A DNA stretch of 51,408 nucleotides from Solirubrobacterales bacterium (GCA_030835185.1 JAUQWL010000019.1:1-51408), one strand, 5' to 3'; positions 34,247 through 43,192 are shown, numbered from the stretch's first letter. Program-made: numbers and translations. The notes: generated by a model from the sequence alone, not told the origin.

Positions 34247-35404
34247 ATGACAGAAGGAGCAGGAAAGAGCCCGCTCAGGATCGCAATCCTGGCACTGGCG
34301 GTGGCTGCGGTCTCGCTGACTATCGCCGCCTGCGGCGGAGGCGGGCTCTCGGAGGGAAGCGACAGCGAGGACGTCACGACGGCGACGGCGGGTGAGCAGA
34401 CCGGCACCCTGAAGATCTCGAACTGGCCCCTCTATATCGACAAGAAGACGATCAGTGACTTCGAAAAGGAGACCGGGATCAAGGTCGATTACGTCGAGGA
34501 CGTCAACGACAACGACGAGTTCTTCGGAAAGGTCCAACCGTTGTTCAGCCAGGCCGACGCCGGCGGACGCAGCATCATCATTGTCACCGACTGGATGTCG
34601 ACCAAGATGCACAAGCTTGCTTACGTCCAGAACCTCGACAAGTCAGAGCTGCCGGTAGTCGAGAAGAACATGCTGCCGAGCCTGAAGAACCCCGACTTCG
34701 ACCCGAATCGCGACTTCACGGTCCCGTGGCAATCGGGTATGACCGGTCTCGTCGTGCGCAAAGACCTGGCACCCGACATCAAGTCGATCAACGATCTGTT
34801 CGATCCCAAGTACAAAGGCAAGGTCACCGTACTGAGGGAGATGCGCGACACCCTTCCCGTAATGCTGCTGGCAGCAGGTGTCGATCCGGCCGATGCGACC
34901 ACCGAAGAGTGGATGGAGCAGATCGACAGGCTCCAGGAGAACATCGACAACGGTCAGATCCGGCGATTCACCGGCAACGACTACATCCAGGATCTGGCCA
35001 AAGGCACCGTCGTGGCGGCCATAGGCTGGTCCGGTGACGCGGTCCAGGCCCAGTTCGACAATCCGGACATCCAGTACGTACAGCCGGCCGAAGGCTGCGG
35101 TCTGTGGTCGGACAACATGATGATCCCGTCCGGCGCGCCCGACACGGCCGCCGCCTACGAGTTCATGAACTACGTCTACGAGCCCGAGAACATGGCCCAG
35201 ATCGTCGAGTGGGTCAACTACATCAGCCCGGTCAAGGGAGTCGCGAAGATCCTCAGGAAGAAGGATCCGTCACTCGCCGACAACGAGTTGATCTTCCCGA
35301 CGGACGAGTTCCTGGCGAACTGCTCCACCAGCGACACGCCTCCGGGCGACGAAGAGGCTGTCAAGGAAGTCGAGAACGCCTTCCAGGACGTGCTGGCCGG
35401 CTAG
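34247..35404 (+). CDS. Polyamine (PotD/PotF-like) ABC substrate-binding lipoprotein
   Basis: It has the lipobox 'LTIAAC', then 'LKISNWPLYID' and 'GWSGD', typical of the spermidine/putrescine binding-protein family. The ATG at 34247 is in frame with the longer tracked ORF. Confidence 0.75.
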   Translation: MTEGAGKSPLRIAILALAVAAVSLTIAACGGGGLSEGSDSEDVTTATAGEQTGTLKISNWPLYIDKKTISDFEKETGIKVDYVEDVNDNDEFFGKVQPLFSQADAGGRSIIIVTDWMSTKMHKLAYVQNLDKSELPVVEKNMLPSLKNPDFDPNRDFTVPWQSGMTGLVVRKDLAPDIKSINDLFDPKYKGKVTVLREMRDTLPVMLLAAGVDPADATTEEWMEQIDRLQENIDNGQIRRFTGNDYIQDLAKGTVVAAIGWSGDAVQAQFDNPDIQYVQPAEGCGLWSDNMMIPSGAPDTAAAYEFMNYVYEPENMAQIVEWVNYISPVKGVAKILRKKDPSLADNELIFPTDEFLANCSTSDTPPGDEEAVKEVENAFQDVLAG

Positions 35405-35418
35405 CAACGACCTGCAGC

Positions 35419-35456
35419 CACACCGACCCTCCGCCCTCGGGCCGGGGGTCGGTGTG
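35419..35456 (+). terminator. Perfect 11-bp stem hairpin (CACACCGACCC / GGGTCGGTGTG), a candidate terminator
   Basis: It was read directly from the sequence. It begins 15 nt after the binding-protein stop codon and has a 16-nt loop. There is no clean U-tract, which is common in high-GC genomes. Confidence 0.5.
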
Positions 35457-35627
35457 AGCCGTCTGTTCCGAGCCGGCGGTCCCGGGCCGCCAGCTACGAG
35501 CCGTCTGGTCCGAGCCGGCAGTTACGACCCGGCGGGTCATCAGCCCGGCGAGGTCGGTTGAGGTTCGCCGCGCGACCGCCTGCCGCTGCTCCACGTCCTG
35601 AGCGTCGGAGCTTGCGCGCGGCCACGG

Positions 35628-36482
35628 TCAGCCGTACGGTTCTCCGGCCGAGACGAGCATAGGCTCGCGGATGCCGGAGTCGGTCCACTCGGCGATCCAG
35701 TCGAGTGTCTCACCGGGAGCCTCTTCCTGGGGATGGTGACCGATGCCTTCCAGAACTCGGACCGCGGCCTCGGGAAACACCCTGAGCAGGCCTTTCATCG
35801 AGTACTTCGGCGGGACCAGCCGGTCGTACTCGCCCCAGAGGCCCGCCACGGGTCCTTCATAGGGGCTCTCCCTGAAACGCCCCTTCGAGAGTTCGCGAAG
35901 CAGATGCATGCCGTTCCTGGTCCCCGGGACAATGTCGTTCCTCGACTCGACCAGCCGGCCGATCAGGTCGTCCGACGGGTCATGGTGGTGCGAGAAGAGA
36001 CTCCGGTAGGCGAGATTGACCAGAGGGCGAAAGCGCATCGCCCGCGGGGCCGTCTGGCCGAGCAGGAACTCGATCTCCGGGCGTGCGAGTAACTGGGCCA
36101 GCGGGATGCGGCTGTAACCGGCCGGGGCGATCAGAAGCAGGCCCCGGACCCGTTCGGGCTGCTTGAAAGCCAGGGCCGAGGCGAGGGCCCCGCCGAGCGA
36201 GTGACCGAGGAGGAAGGAGTTTTCGACATCGAGCTTCCTGAGCGCCCGGTCGAAGAGGCTCTGCCATTTCCAGATGTCATCCCCGGCCAGCGAACTGTGG
36301 CCGAAGCCGGGAAGGTCAAAGGACAGAGTCGGGCGGGTGAGCGACCGGGCGAAGGGGTCCCAGCTCTCGGCGCTGTCCATCAGCCCGTGAAGCATGACCA
36401 CCGGATGGCCCCGGCCCGAGGTCCGCCGGAAGGTCAGGCTGACCTTGCCGACCGAAACCTCCTCTTCGAAGATCTTCACCAT
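35628..36482 (-). CDS. Alpha/beta-fold hydrolase
   Basis: It has 'VVMLHGLMDS' and the nucleophile elbow 'GHSLGG'. Confidence 0.8.
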   Translation of the reverse strand: MVKIFEEEVSVGKVSLTFRRTSGRGHPVVMLHGLMDSAESWDPFARSLTRPTLSFDLPGFGHSSLAGDDIWKWQSLFDRALRKLDVENSFLLGHSLGGALASALAFKQPERVRGLLLIAPAGYSRIPLAQLLARPEIEFLLGQTAPRAMRFRPLVNLAYRSLFSHHHDPSDDLIGRLVESRNDIVPGTRNGMHLLRELSKGRFRESPYEGPVAGLWGEYDRLVPPKYSMKGLLRVFPEAAVRVLEGIGHHPQEEAPGETLDWIAEWTDSGIREPMLVSAGEPYG

Positions 36483-36545
36483 CGCTGTGCTCTCAGGCCC
36501 CTGCCCGGATATCCATCGACATCTCCATCGCGCAACCCGTGACCC

Positions 36546-37583
36546 TCAAACCCGGGCGGCCCCCGGGCCGAAGGTCTCGATGATGCGATCGTTGTACTCG
36601 GAGATCTGCTCGTTGGGTATGAAATAGGTCGGTGCGCCGGGGAAGACCGCATCTGCAAATGGCGCTATCTCCTCCACCTTTGCCCTGACACGGTCCGGAG
36701 TACCGACCGCGCAGTAATGCTCGACCATCTCGTCGGAGATCGCAGCCGCGACCCCCTCGATGTCTCCCTTGCGGAAGGCCGCCGCCGCGTCGGCTGCGTT
36801 CTGACCGAAGTCGTGGTGGTCGAAGAGCGGCATATAGGTCTTGACAGTCGAGTAGAAGGCGAGCGTACGGCGGGCTGCGTCCAGACCTCGCTCGTAATCG
36901 TCGTCGATCGCCACGCAGATGCTGGGCAGGAAGGTGAAGTCCCTGCGCTCGCGGCCCGATCTCGACAGCCCGAGCTCGAAGTTCGGCACGATCACCTCCT
37001 CGATCCAGCTCGCCGAGCAGATCAGATGGCCGATCAGGCCGTCGGCGACATCGCCGGCCATCCGGCACATCCCCTTCTGCACCGCCGCGGTGTAGATCGG
37101 GATTTCGGCGCGTACGGGCGGGGTCGAGCGGTACCAGCCCTTGATGTCGATGTCGTAGTACTCACCCTTGAAGGCCGCCGGCTCGCCGGTCGAGGCGGCG
37201 CGGATGATCTCGCGCACCGCCTGGATCGTCTCCCGCAGGTGCGGCGCGGGCCTGCCGTAATCGGCGTTGTGCCAGGTTTCGATCAGGCGCTTCACCCCGG
37301 GACCGATCCCGAGCCGAAAACGCCCGCCCGAAATCTCATCGATGTCCATCGCGCTCATCGCCATGGTCATCGGGCTGCGGACGAAACCCCAGGCGATCGA
37401 AGTGCCGATGTCGATTCCTTCGGTCTGGCTCGCCAGCCAGGTCGTCTGGGTGAAGGCATTTCGAAACAGCTCGATCGCCCATACCGAGTCAAACCCGGCG
37501 TTCTCGGCCTTGCGGGCCAGATCGGCCATCTCAGCAGGGGTATCCCCCATCGCCCCGATCGCCACGCGATCCATTGCGTCCAT
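36546..37583 (-). CDS. Luciferase-like monooxygenase (LLM) class flavin/F420-dependent oxidoreductase
   Basis: It has 'AENAGFDSVWAIELF' and 'GGRFRLGIGPG', typical of the LLM family. The ATG at 37583 is preferred over the longer 37661 form. Confidence 0.75.
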   Translation of the reverse strand: MDAMDRVAIGAMGDTPAEMADLARKAENAGFDSVWAIELFRNAFTQTTWLASQTEGIDIGTSIAWGFVRSPMTMAMSAMDIDEISGGRFRLGIGPGVKRLIETWHNADYGRPAPHLRETIQAVREIIRAASTGEPAAFKGEYYDIDIKGWYRSTPPVRAEIPIYTAAVQKGMCRMAGDVADGLIGHLICSASWIEEVIVPNFELGLSRSGRERRDFTFLPSICVAIDDDYERGLDAARRTLAFYSTVKTYMPLFDHHDFGQNAADAAAAFRKGDIEGVAAAISDEMVEHYCAVGTPDRVRAKVEEIAPFADAVFPGAPTYFIPNEQISEYNDRIIETFGPGAARV

Positions 37584-37780
37584 GGAAGGCAGGCTATAGA
37601 GCAGGCCGGAGGCTCCGGGCGAGGCCGAATACGGAACGCGGCTGCGGGAAAACCACCGCAAGGGGTTTCCGCGGGCGATCGTCGGGCAGATGGGCGGAGA
37701 ATCGCATCAAGAACGGGCCGAACGGCCACGTGACCGGGGGCGATCAGCACCGAAGCAGAGTGCCGAACATCCCCGAAACG

Positions 37781-37850
37781 TGCTCTGTCTCGGGACTCGG
37801 TGCGTTGTCCCGGGACCTGGTGCGTTGTCCCGGGACTCGGTGCGATCTTC
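37781..37850. repeat. 20-bp tandem repeat (three copies plus a degenerate fourth) creating GTCCCGGGAC palindromes
   Basis: The units are 37791-37810, 37811-37830 and 37831-37850, with consensus CGGGACYYGGTGCGTTGTCC. Perfect 10-bp palindromes lie at 37807-37816 and 37827-37836. The array abuts the thiolase stop codon (37851-37853). Confidence 0.9.
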
Positions 37851-39023
37851 TCAGACGCGCTCGATCAGGGTCCCGGTGCCGATGCCGCCACCGCAGCACA
37901 TCGTGACGAGGCCGATCTGCTTGTCGTCGCGCTCGAGTTCGTGGAGCAGGGTGGTCAGCAGGCGGGCGCCGGTCGAGCCGAGCGGGTGGCCTATTGCGAT
38001 CGCCCCGCCGTTGACATTGACCTTGTCCATGTCCGGGTTGAGCTCACGCTGCCAGGCGGCGACCACCGAGGCGAAGGCCTCGTTGATCTCGATCAGGTCG
38101 ATGTCTTCCATGGTCATCGAGTTGCGCTCGAGCAGCTTCTGCGTGGCCGGGATCGGGCCGGTCAGCATCATCACCGGGTCAACGCCGACCGCGGTCTGGT
38201 CGAGGATCTTCGCCCGAGGCTTGAGCCCGAGCTCGTCGGCCTTGTCGCGGGTCATGAGCAGGATCGCCGCGGCGCCGTCGGAGACCTGCGAGGCGTTGCC
38301 CGCGGTCACCTTGCCGTCCTCCTTGAAGACGGTCTTGAGGCCGGCCAGAGCCTCCATGTTCGTCCCGGGGCGGATGCCCTGGTCTGTGGAGTAGGTGTCG
38401 CCGTTTACCGAGACCGGAGCGATCTCGCGCTCGAAGCGGCCCTCCTCGGTGGCCCGATGGGCGCGGGCGTGGGACTGGACGGCGAGCGCGTCGAGTTCCT
38501 CACGGGAGATGTCCCACTTGTCGGCGATCATCTCGGCCGAGAGGCCCTGGTTGACCAGGTTGTACTGCTTCATCAGCTCCGGCGAGTAGCCGAAGCCGTA
38601 CTCCTCCATCACCTTGAAGCTGTCGGCGAAGGAGATGTGACCCATGTGCTCGACGCCGCCGCCGATCATCACGTCGTGGACGCCGGAGGCAATCATCGCG
38701 GCGGCGTAGTTCACCGCCTGCTGGGCGGAGCCGCACTGGCGGTCGATCGTGGTGGCGGGGGTTTCGATCGGGAAGCCGGCCTCGAGCCAGGCGTTGCGGC
38801 CGATGTTCAGGCTCTGCTCACCGAACTGCTGCACGCAACCGGCGACGACGTCCTCGACGATGCCCGGGTCGATGCCGGCACGTCCGACGACTTCCTTGTA
38901 GGCATGGGCCAGCAGGTTCGAGGGATGAAGGTCCTTGTAGTAGCCCTTCTCCTTGTGACCGCGGCCGACCGGGGTACGGACCGCCTCCACGATTACCACT
39001 TCGCGTCCGCCAAACTTGCTCAT
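37851..39023 (-). CDS. Acetyl-CoA C-acyltransferase (thiolase)
   Basis: It has the active-site 'IDRQCGSAQQA', 'NVNGGAIAIGHPLGSTG' and 'MCCGGGIGTG'. The ATG at 39023 is preceded by a GGAAAGG SD. Confidence 0.9.
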   Translation of the reverse strand: MSKFGGREVVIVEAVRTPVGRGHKEKGYYKDLHPSNLLAHAYKEVVGRAGIDPGIVEDVVAGCVQQFGEQSLNIGRNAWLEAGFPIETPATTIDRQCGSAQQAVNYAAAMIASGVHDVMIGGGVEHMGHISFADSFKVMEEYGFGYSPELMKQYNLVNQGLSAEMIADKWDISREELDALAVQSHARAHRATEEGRFEREIAPVSVNGDTYSTDQGIRPGTNMEALAGLKTVFKEDGKVTAGNASQVSDGAAAILLMTRDKADELGLKPRAKILDQTAVGVDPVMMLTGPIPATQKLLERNSMTMEDIDLIEINEAFASVVAAWQRELNPDMDKVNVNGGAIAIGHPLGSTGARLLTTLLHELERDDKQIGLVTMCCGGGIGTGTLIERV

Positions 39024-39146
39024 CGAAAACCTTTCCAAGATTGCTTATCCAACGCCCGCAGCTCGCGGGAAGCCTTGAGGCAGGTTACCTGATTGATTGG
39101 TCAGTCAAGCTCGGTTCATGGCGTCGATAATCCGTAGGGTGAAGTC

Positions 39147-39974
39147 ATGGAAGTCAACCCCCACCGCGAGATGGCGGTCGCCGGAACCGGCGCGATCGCG
39201 ATCGGGCTGGCGGCGCTCGCCTCGGCCGGCAGCGACCGTGTCTGGCTGCTGGCACGAAGCGACGAATCGGCCGAACGGGCTGCAACGGAGTTGAACCGGG
39301 CCTGTCCGCGGGTCGATGGTGGTGACGCCGGCCGAACCGCGATCACGACCGAGGTGGCCGATCTGGCCGGGGCCTCCCTCGCCGTCGAAGCGATCATCGA
39401 AGACCCCGACGTCAAGGTCGCCCTGCTGAGCCGTCTCGCAGATGCTGCTCCTGGCGCAGATCTTGCCACCACGACGTCCTCCCTGTCGGTGTCCGGCCTT
39501 GCGGCGGCCTGCGGTCAACCCGGGCGGCTCTTCGGACTTCACGTATTCAACCCGGTGCCGGTGATGCGCCTGGTCGAACTCTGCCTCCCCGAAGCACTCG
39601 ACCCGGCTGTCGGGGATCGAGCCTCTGCCTGGTGCCGGAGCGCCGGGAAGACCCCGGTCACCGTGCCCGACATCTCAGGCTTCGTGGTGAACCGTCTGCT
39701 CTTCCCGTACCTCTTCGACGCGGTCCGGCTTCAGGAGCGAACCGGAATGCCTTCCGAAGACGTCGATACCTGCATGTCGCTCGGCCTGGCGCACCCGATG
39801 GGACCGCTCGCCCTGCTCGACCTGGTTGGGCTCGACGTCGCGGTGGCGATAAGCGAAGCGCTTTATGCGGAGTCCGGAAACCCGGACCACAAGGCGCCCG
39901 AGTCGGTCCGGACCAGGGTCGCCGCCGGAGAACTCGGCCAGAAATCAGGCCGCGGCTTCCACGACTACGGCTGA
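39147..39974 (+). CDS. 3-hydroxyacyl-CoA (3-hydroxybutyryl-CoA) dehydrogenase
   Basis: It has 'VAGTGAIAIG' (dinucleotide fold), 'LHVFNPVPVMRLVE', 'GFVVNRLLFPY' and 'HPMGPLALLDLVGLDV'. The start could instead be ATG 39171. Confidence 0.85.
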   Translation: MEVNPHREMAVAGTGAIAIGLAALASAGSDRVWLLARSDESAERAATELNRACPRVDGGDAGRTAITTEVADLAGASLAVEAIIEDPDVKVALLSRLADAAPGADLATTTSSLSVSGLAAACGQPGRLFGLHVFNPVPVMRLVELCLPEALDPAVGDRASAWCRSAGKTPVTVPDISGFVVNRLLFPYLFDAVRLQERTGMPSEDVDTCMSLGLAHPMGPLALLDLVGLDVAVAISEALYAESGNPDHKAPESVRTRVAAGELGQKSGRGFHDYG

Positions 39975-40116
39975 GGCTTCGTCCACCGTCCGGCATGGGC
40001 ACCGGGACCTCGTGCGAGCCACGCGGCTCACCACGCGCCGGACAGAAGCCGTGCCCTGGCCATCGGGTCCCGAGCCCGTCCCGCCCACCGGCCGCAGATT
40101 CAGGTGGGAGTGTCGT

Positions 40117-40395
40117 TCAGATGAGGGTGTCGATTTCGGCGGCGAGCTTGAAATCCGCAACGGTCAGCCCACCCTCGGAGTGGGTTGAGATCGAAACCGT
40201 GACGGTGTCCCAGGAGATCGATACGTCCGGGTGGTGACCCATCGTTTCGGCCGGCTCGACCAGACGGTTCACGAAATCCACCGAGCCGACAAAATCACCG
40301 CACCTGAACGCTCGAACGATCTCGTCGCCCTTTCTCTGCCAGCCATCGAGCGACTTGAGCTTCTCGGTTACCTGTGCATCGTCGAGTAGTGCCAT
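40117..40395 (-). CDS. phhB: 4a-hydroxytetrahydrobiopterin (pterin-4a-carbinolamine) dehydratase
   Basis: This 92-aa protein has 'LDGWQ' and 'GHHPDVSISWDTVTVSISTH'. Confidence 0.85.
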   Translation of the reverse strand: MALLDDAQVTEKLKSLDGWQRKGDEIVRAFRCGDFVGSVDFVNRLVEPAETMGHHPDVSISWDTVTVSISTHSEGGLTVADFKLAAEIDTLI

Positions 40396-40484
40396 GCGGA
40401 GATGGTACGCCCCGACGCCGCTCGGTCCGGCAACCCGGCGGCAGGGGGCGCCACCCCGCGCATGCGCGCGAATTGAGCCCGAGG

Positions 40485-41366
40485 TCAGAAAGGAAGCGCG
40501 GAAAAGCGACCCGAAGCCAACTGCTCCCCGAAGGTGAGCACCGGTTCCGCCACTGCGATCGCTGCCAGTACCGATCCGCCGGCAATCACGGCAAAGCCGC
40601 CGTACTCGATCAGTCTTGCGCCGGCACCGAGCCTGCCGCGCTCTCCGGCGACGATCAGCATTCCGCAGAGCACCCCGCCGATCAGACCGCCCAGGTGACC
40701 GCCGATGCTGATTCCCGGGATCGCAAAGGTAATGAGCAGGTTGATGCCGAGGATCACGCCGATCTCACGGGCGATCGTATTCATGCCACGGCCACGGGCG
40801 ATCATGAAGGTCGCCCCGAAGATGCCGAAGACGGCACCCGACGCGCCGACCGTCAGCACGTTGCTGCCCGAAAGCAGGATCGCACCGAAGGATCCGGCGA
40901 GAAGCGAAGCGAAGAAGACGGCGAGGAACCGCGGAGTGCCGATCGAGGGCTCGAGTACGCGGCCCAGGAAATAGAGGGCGAACATGTTGAAGCCGAGGTG
41001 CATCAGCCCTGCGTGAAGGAAGCCACCCGTGATCAGGCGGTAGAGCTCGCCGTCGGCGACGGCTGTGCCGAGCAGTCCGAAATTGCTGATCAGGCTGTTC
41101 GCCGTGCTGTTCAGGCCACCCGACCCGGAAGCGATCTCGACCAGGTAGACACCTACGCAGATCACAATCAGCGCGAAGGTTGCCGGCGAGCCGTTAGCCG
41201 CCGAAACCGCGGCGGGACCGCTGGTGACCCGGGTCTGCTCGCGTGAGCACTCCGGACAGCGCATACCGACCGGAGTAGGGGTCATGCAGTCCGGGCAGAT
41301 CGGGCGGTCGCAGCGCGAGCAGGAAACGCGCGTCTCGACATTCGGATGGCGGTAGCAGTAGGCCAC
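40485..41366 (-). CDS. Rhomboid-family intramembrane serine protease with an N-terminal zinc ribbon
   Basis: It has 'CYRHP...CSRCDRPICPDC...CPEC', then 'GGFLHAGLMHLGFNM', catalytic 'GASGAVFG' and 'GGHLGG'. Confidence 0.85.
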   Translation of the reverse strand: MAYCYRHPNVETRVSCSRCDRPICPDCMTPTPVGMRCPECSREQTRVTSGPAAVSAANGSPATFALIVICVGVYLVEIASGSGGLNSTANSLISNFGLLGTAVADGELYRLITGGFLHAGLMHLGFNMFALYFLGRVLEPSIGTPRFLAVFFASLLAGSFGAILLSGSNVLTVGASGAVFGIFGATFMIARGRGMNTIAREIGVILGINLLITFAIPGISIGGHLGGLIGGVLCGMLIVAGERGRLGAGARLIEYGGFAVIAGGSVLAAIAVAEPVLTFGEQLASGRFSALPF

Positions 41367-41544
41367 GGCGACGAACCTTAGAGGCTATCCCGGCAGGGCT
41401 GCGAAGCCGGGGTGCCGGTCCGCAGATGGTGACGGCCGACGGGGTGCGAAGGGAGGGCCGGTGGCCCGTTCGAGCGGCCCGGTGGCCGGCCGGCGCCGCG
41501 GAGCGGTGCCATGGCGGGTTCTGCCTGCCGGAACAGCCTCCTGG

Positions 41545-42216
41545 ATGAAGGGCAATGCGCGCAACCGGCCCAGCAGACAGAATGGCCGGGTGGCGAGAGT
41601 GGGCTTCACGCGGCTGTATGCGACCCTCAGCGGGGCGCTGCTCGTCCTGCTCGGCCTTGCCGGGCTGATCGAGAACTCCGAGTTCAGCGAGCCCTCCCTC
41701 TGGACCGAGCTTTTCGGCTTCCATGCGGTGAACGGCTGGGCCGGAGCCTTCCATGTGATCGCCGGCCTGCTCGCCCTTCTGCTTGCCCCGAACCTCTCGC
41801 GGCTGTGGGCGCTTTTCGCCGCGCTCCTGTTCACGGGCCTCGGTATCTGGGGCGTGCTGGCCGCCGATGGAACCCTGCTCTTCGGTGTGCTGCCCGCGAC
41901 CCGTGCGGTCAACCTCCTCAACCTGCTGCTCGGCACCCTCGCTCTGGCGGCCCTGACGGCCAGTCGCTGGGACCGCATCACCGACCTCGCACGCGGGCGC
42001 CACGAGCGAATCCGGGAGCGACGGACCGTGGCCAGGAGGAAGCGCGAACAGACGCTCCGACGGGAGCGACTGGAAGCCGGCGCCAGGAAGAGGGCGACGC
42101 GCAAGGCCGGACCCACAAAGAGAGCTTCGGGAAAGAAAGTACCGCGATCGGGCGAAGGCGCGGGCCGGGGCGGCGGATCCGGGAGAGGACGCGGCGGTTC
42201 AAAGCCCGGTTCTTGA
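41545..42216 (+). CDS. DUF4383-like four-TM membrane protein with an Arg/Lys/Gly-rich C-terminal tail
   Basis: The hydrophobic core with 'FHAVNGWAGAFHVIAG' resembles DUF4383. The last roughly 80 aa are strongly basic and end in 'GRGGGSGRGRGG'. The start is uncertain (ATG 41545, or upstream alternative starts to 41461). Confidence 0.55.
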   Translation: MKGNARNRPSRQNGRVARVGFTRLYATLSGALLVLLGLAGLIENSEFSEPSLWTELFGFHAVNGWAGAFHVIAGLLALLLAPNLSRLWALFAALLFTGLGIWGVLAADGTLLFGVLPATRAVNLLNLLLGTLALAALTASRWDRITDLARGRHERIRERRTVARRKREQTLRRERLEAGARKRATRKAGPTKRASGKKVPRSGEGAGRGGGSGRGRGGSKPGS

Positions 42217-42540
42217 CCGGGCACTGCTGACCAGACTTTCGAGCTTGGTGCGTCGCCGGCGGCTCCGGCGCCGTAGCTCGACGGCGACCAGGACCCCGGT
42301 GGCGACTCCGCCCGCAGCGACCGCAGCGACCGGCCGCAGCCAGTTGCGGGGATCGCGAAGCGAGTCCAGCTCGCTCTCGGTGAGCTCATCCGCCCAGCCG
42401 GACAGATCCTCGGCGGCAGCGTCGCGAATCGCCGAGAAGGTTCCACGCAGGCGGTCGGAGAAGCGCTCCGGAGGCTCGACCGGCTGAAAGACATCGGCGA
42501 GCAGGTCCTCGAGGCGGATCTCATCCGTCGCCATCGTCAT
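42199..42540 (-). CDS. Putative anti-sigma factor (single-pass membrane protein)
   Basis: It overlaps the upstream ECF sigma gene by 20 nt. It has one TM ('VAAVAAGGVATGVLVAV') followed by a basic stop-transfer sequence. The call rests on position and architecture only. Confidence 0.5.
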   Translation of the reverse strand: MTMATDEIRLEDLLADVFQPVEPPERFSDRLRGTFSAIRDAAAEDLSGWADELTESELDSLRDPRNWLRPVAAVAAGGVATGVLVAVELRRRSRRRRTKLESLVSSARSRTGL

Positions 42541-43129
42541 CCAGCCTTTCGCGCAGTTGTTTGATCGCCCGGTGAAGCAGGACCTTGGTGGCGCCGTCGG
42601 ACTTGCCCATCGCCCGCGCGATCTCGCGGTTGTCCATGCCCAGCGCGAAACGCATGATCAGCGCCTCGCGGCGCTCGTCCGGAAGATCCTCGATGCCGGC
42701 CATGACCGCCCGCAACTCCGCCCTCCCCTCCGCCACTGACTCGGTGGTATGACGGGCGGCCGGCGGCTCGATGCTGTCGAGCGGGGTCTGTGGCCGGCGC
42801 GAACGGTCGCGGTAGTAGTTCGATGCGAGGTTGTGTGCGATCCGGATCAGCCACGGTCGTAACGGCCGGCCGTCGGACTCGCGTCGGGCCCGTGGGTAGT
42901 GCCGATAGGCCTGAAGAAACGTCTGCTCGGTGAGGTCCTCGGCGTCGTGATGGTCGCCGACACGGTAGTAGGCATACGAGTAGACGTCGCGCAGATGGTC
43001 CCGGTAGAGCTGCTCGAAGCCGCGGTCGGTCTCGGCCTTGCTCTCGACCGGAGCGTTCGCCGGACCGGCTGGAGGATCCTCGTGCTCCGCCGAAGAATCC
43101 TCCGGCGGGTTTGCGGTCGGGTGGTTCAC
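42521..43129 (-). CDS. ECF-type RNA polymerase sigma-70 family factor
   Basis: Region 2 reads 'YRDHLRDVYSYAYYRVGDHHDAEDLTEQTFLQAY' and region 4 HTH reads 'REALIMRFALGMDNREIARAMGKSDGATKVLLHRAIKQLR'. Confidence 0.88.
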   Translation of the reverse strand: MNHPTANPPEDSSAEHEDPPAGPANAPVESKAETDRGFEQLYRDHLRDVYSYAYYRVGDHHDAEDLTEQTFLQAYRHYPRARRESDGRPLRPWLIRIAHNLASNYYRDRSRRPQTPLDSIEPPAARHTTESVAEGRAELRAVMAGIEDLPDERREALIMRFALGMDNREIARAMGKSDGATKVLLHRAIKQLRERLDDDGDG

Positions 43130-43192
43130 CGGACCACCCTATCCCGACGGCCCGGTCCGTACCGCGGAATGCGGGGAGCCGGAGGAGCATTC

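Noticed and set aside
43130-43192. An ECF-type autoregulated promoter (GGAAC...CGT-like) upstream of the sigma factor gene.
   Set aside because: I could not find a convincing -35/-10 pair with proper spacing in the 63-bp gap, so I make no call.
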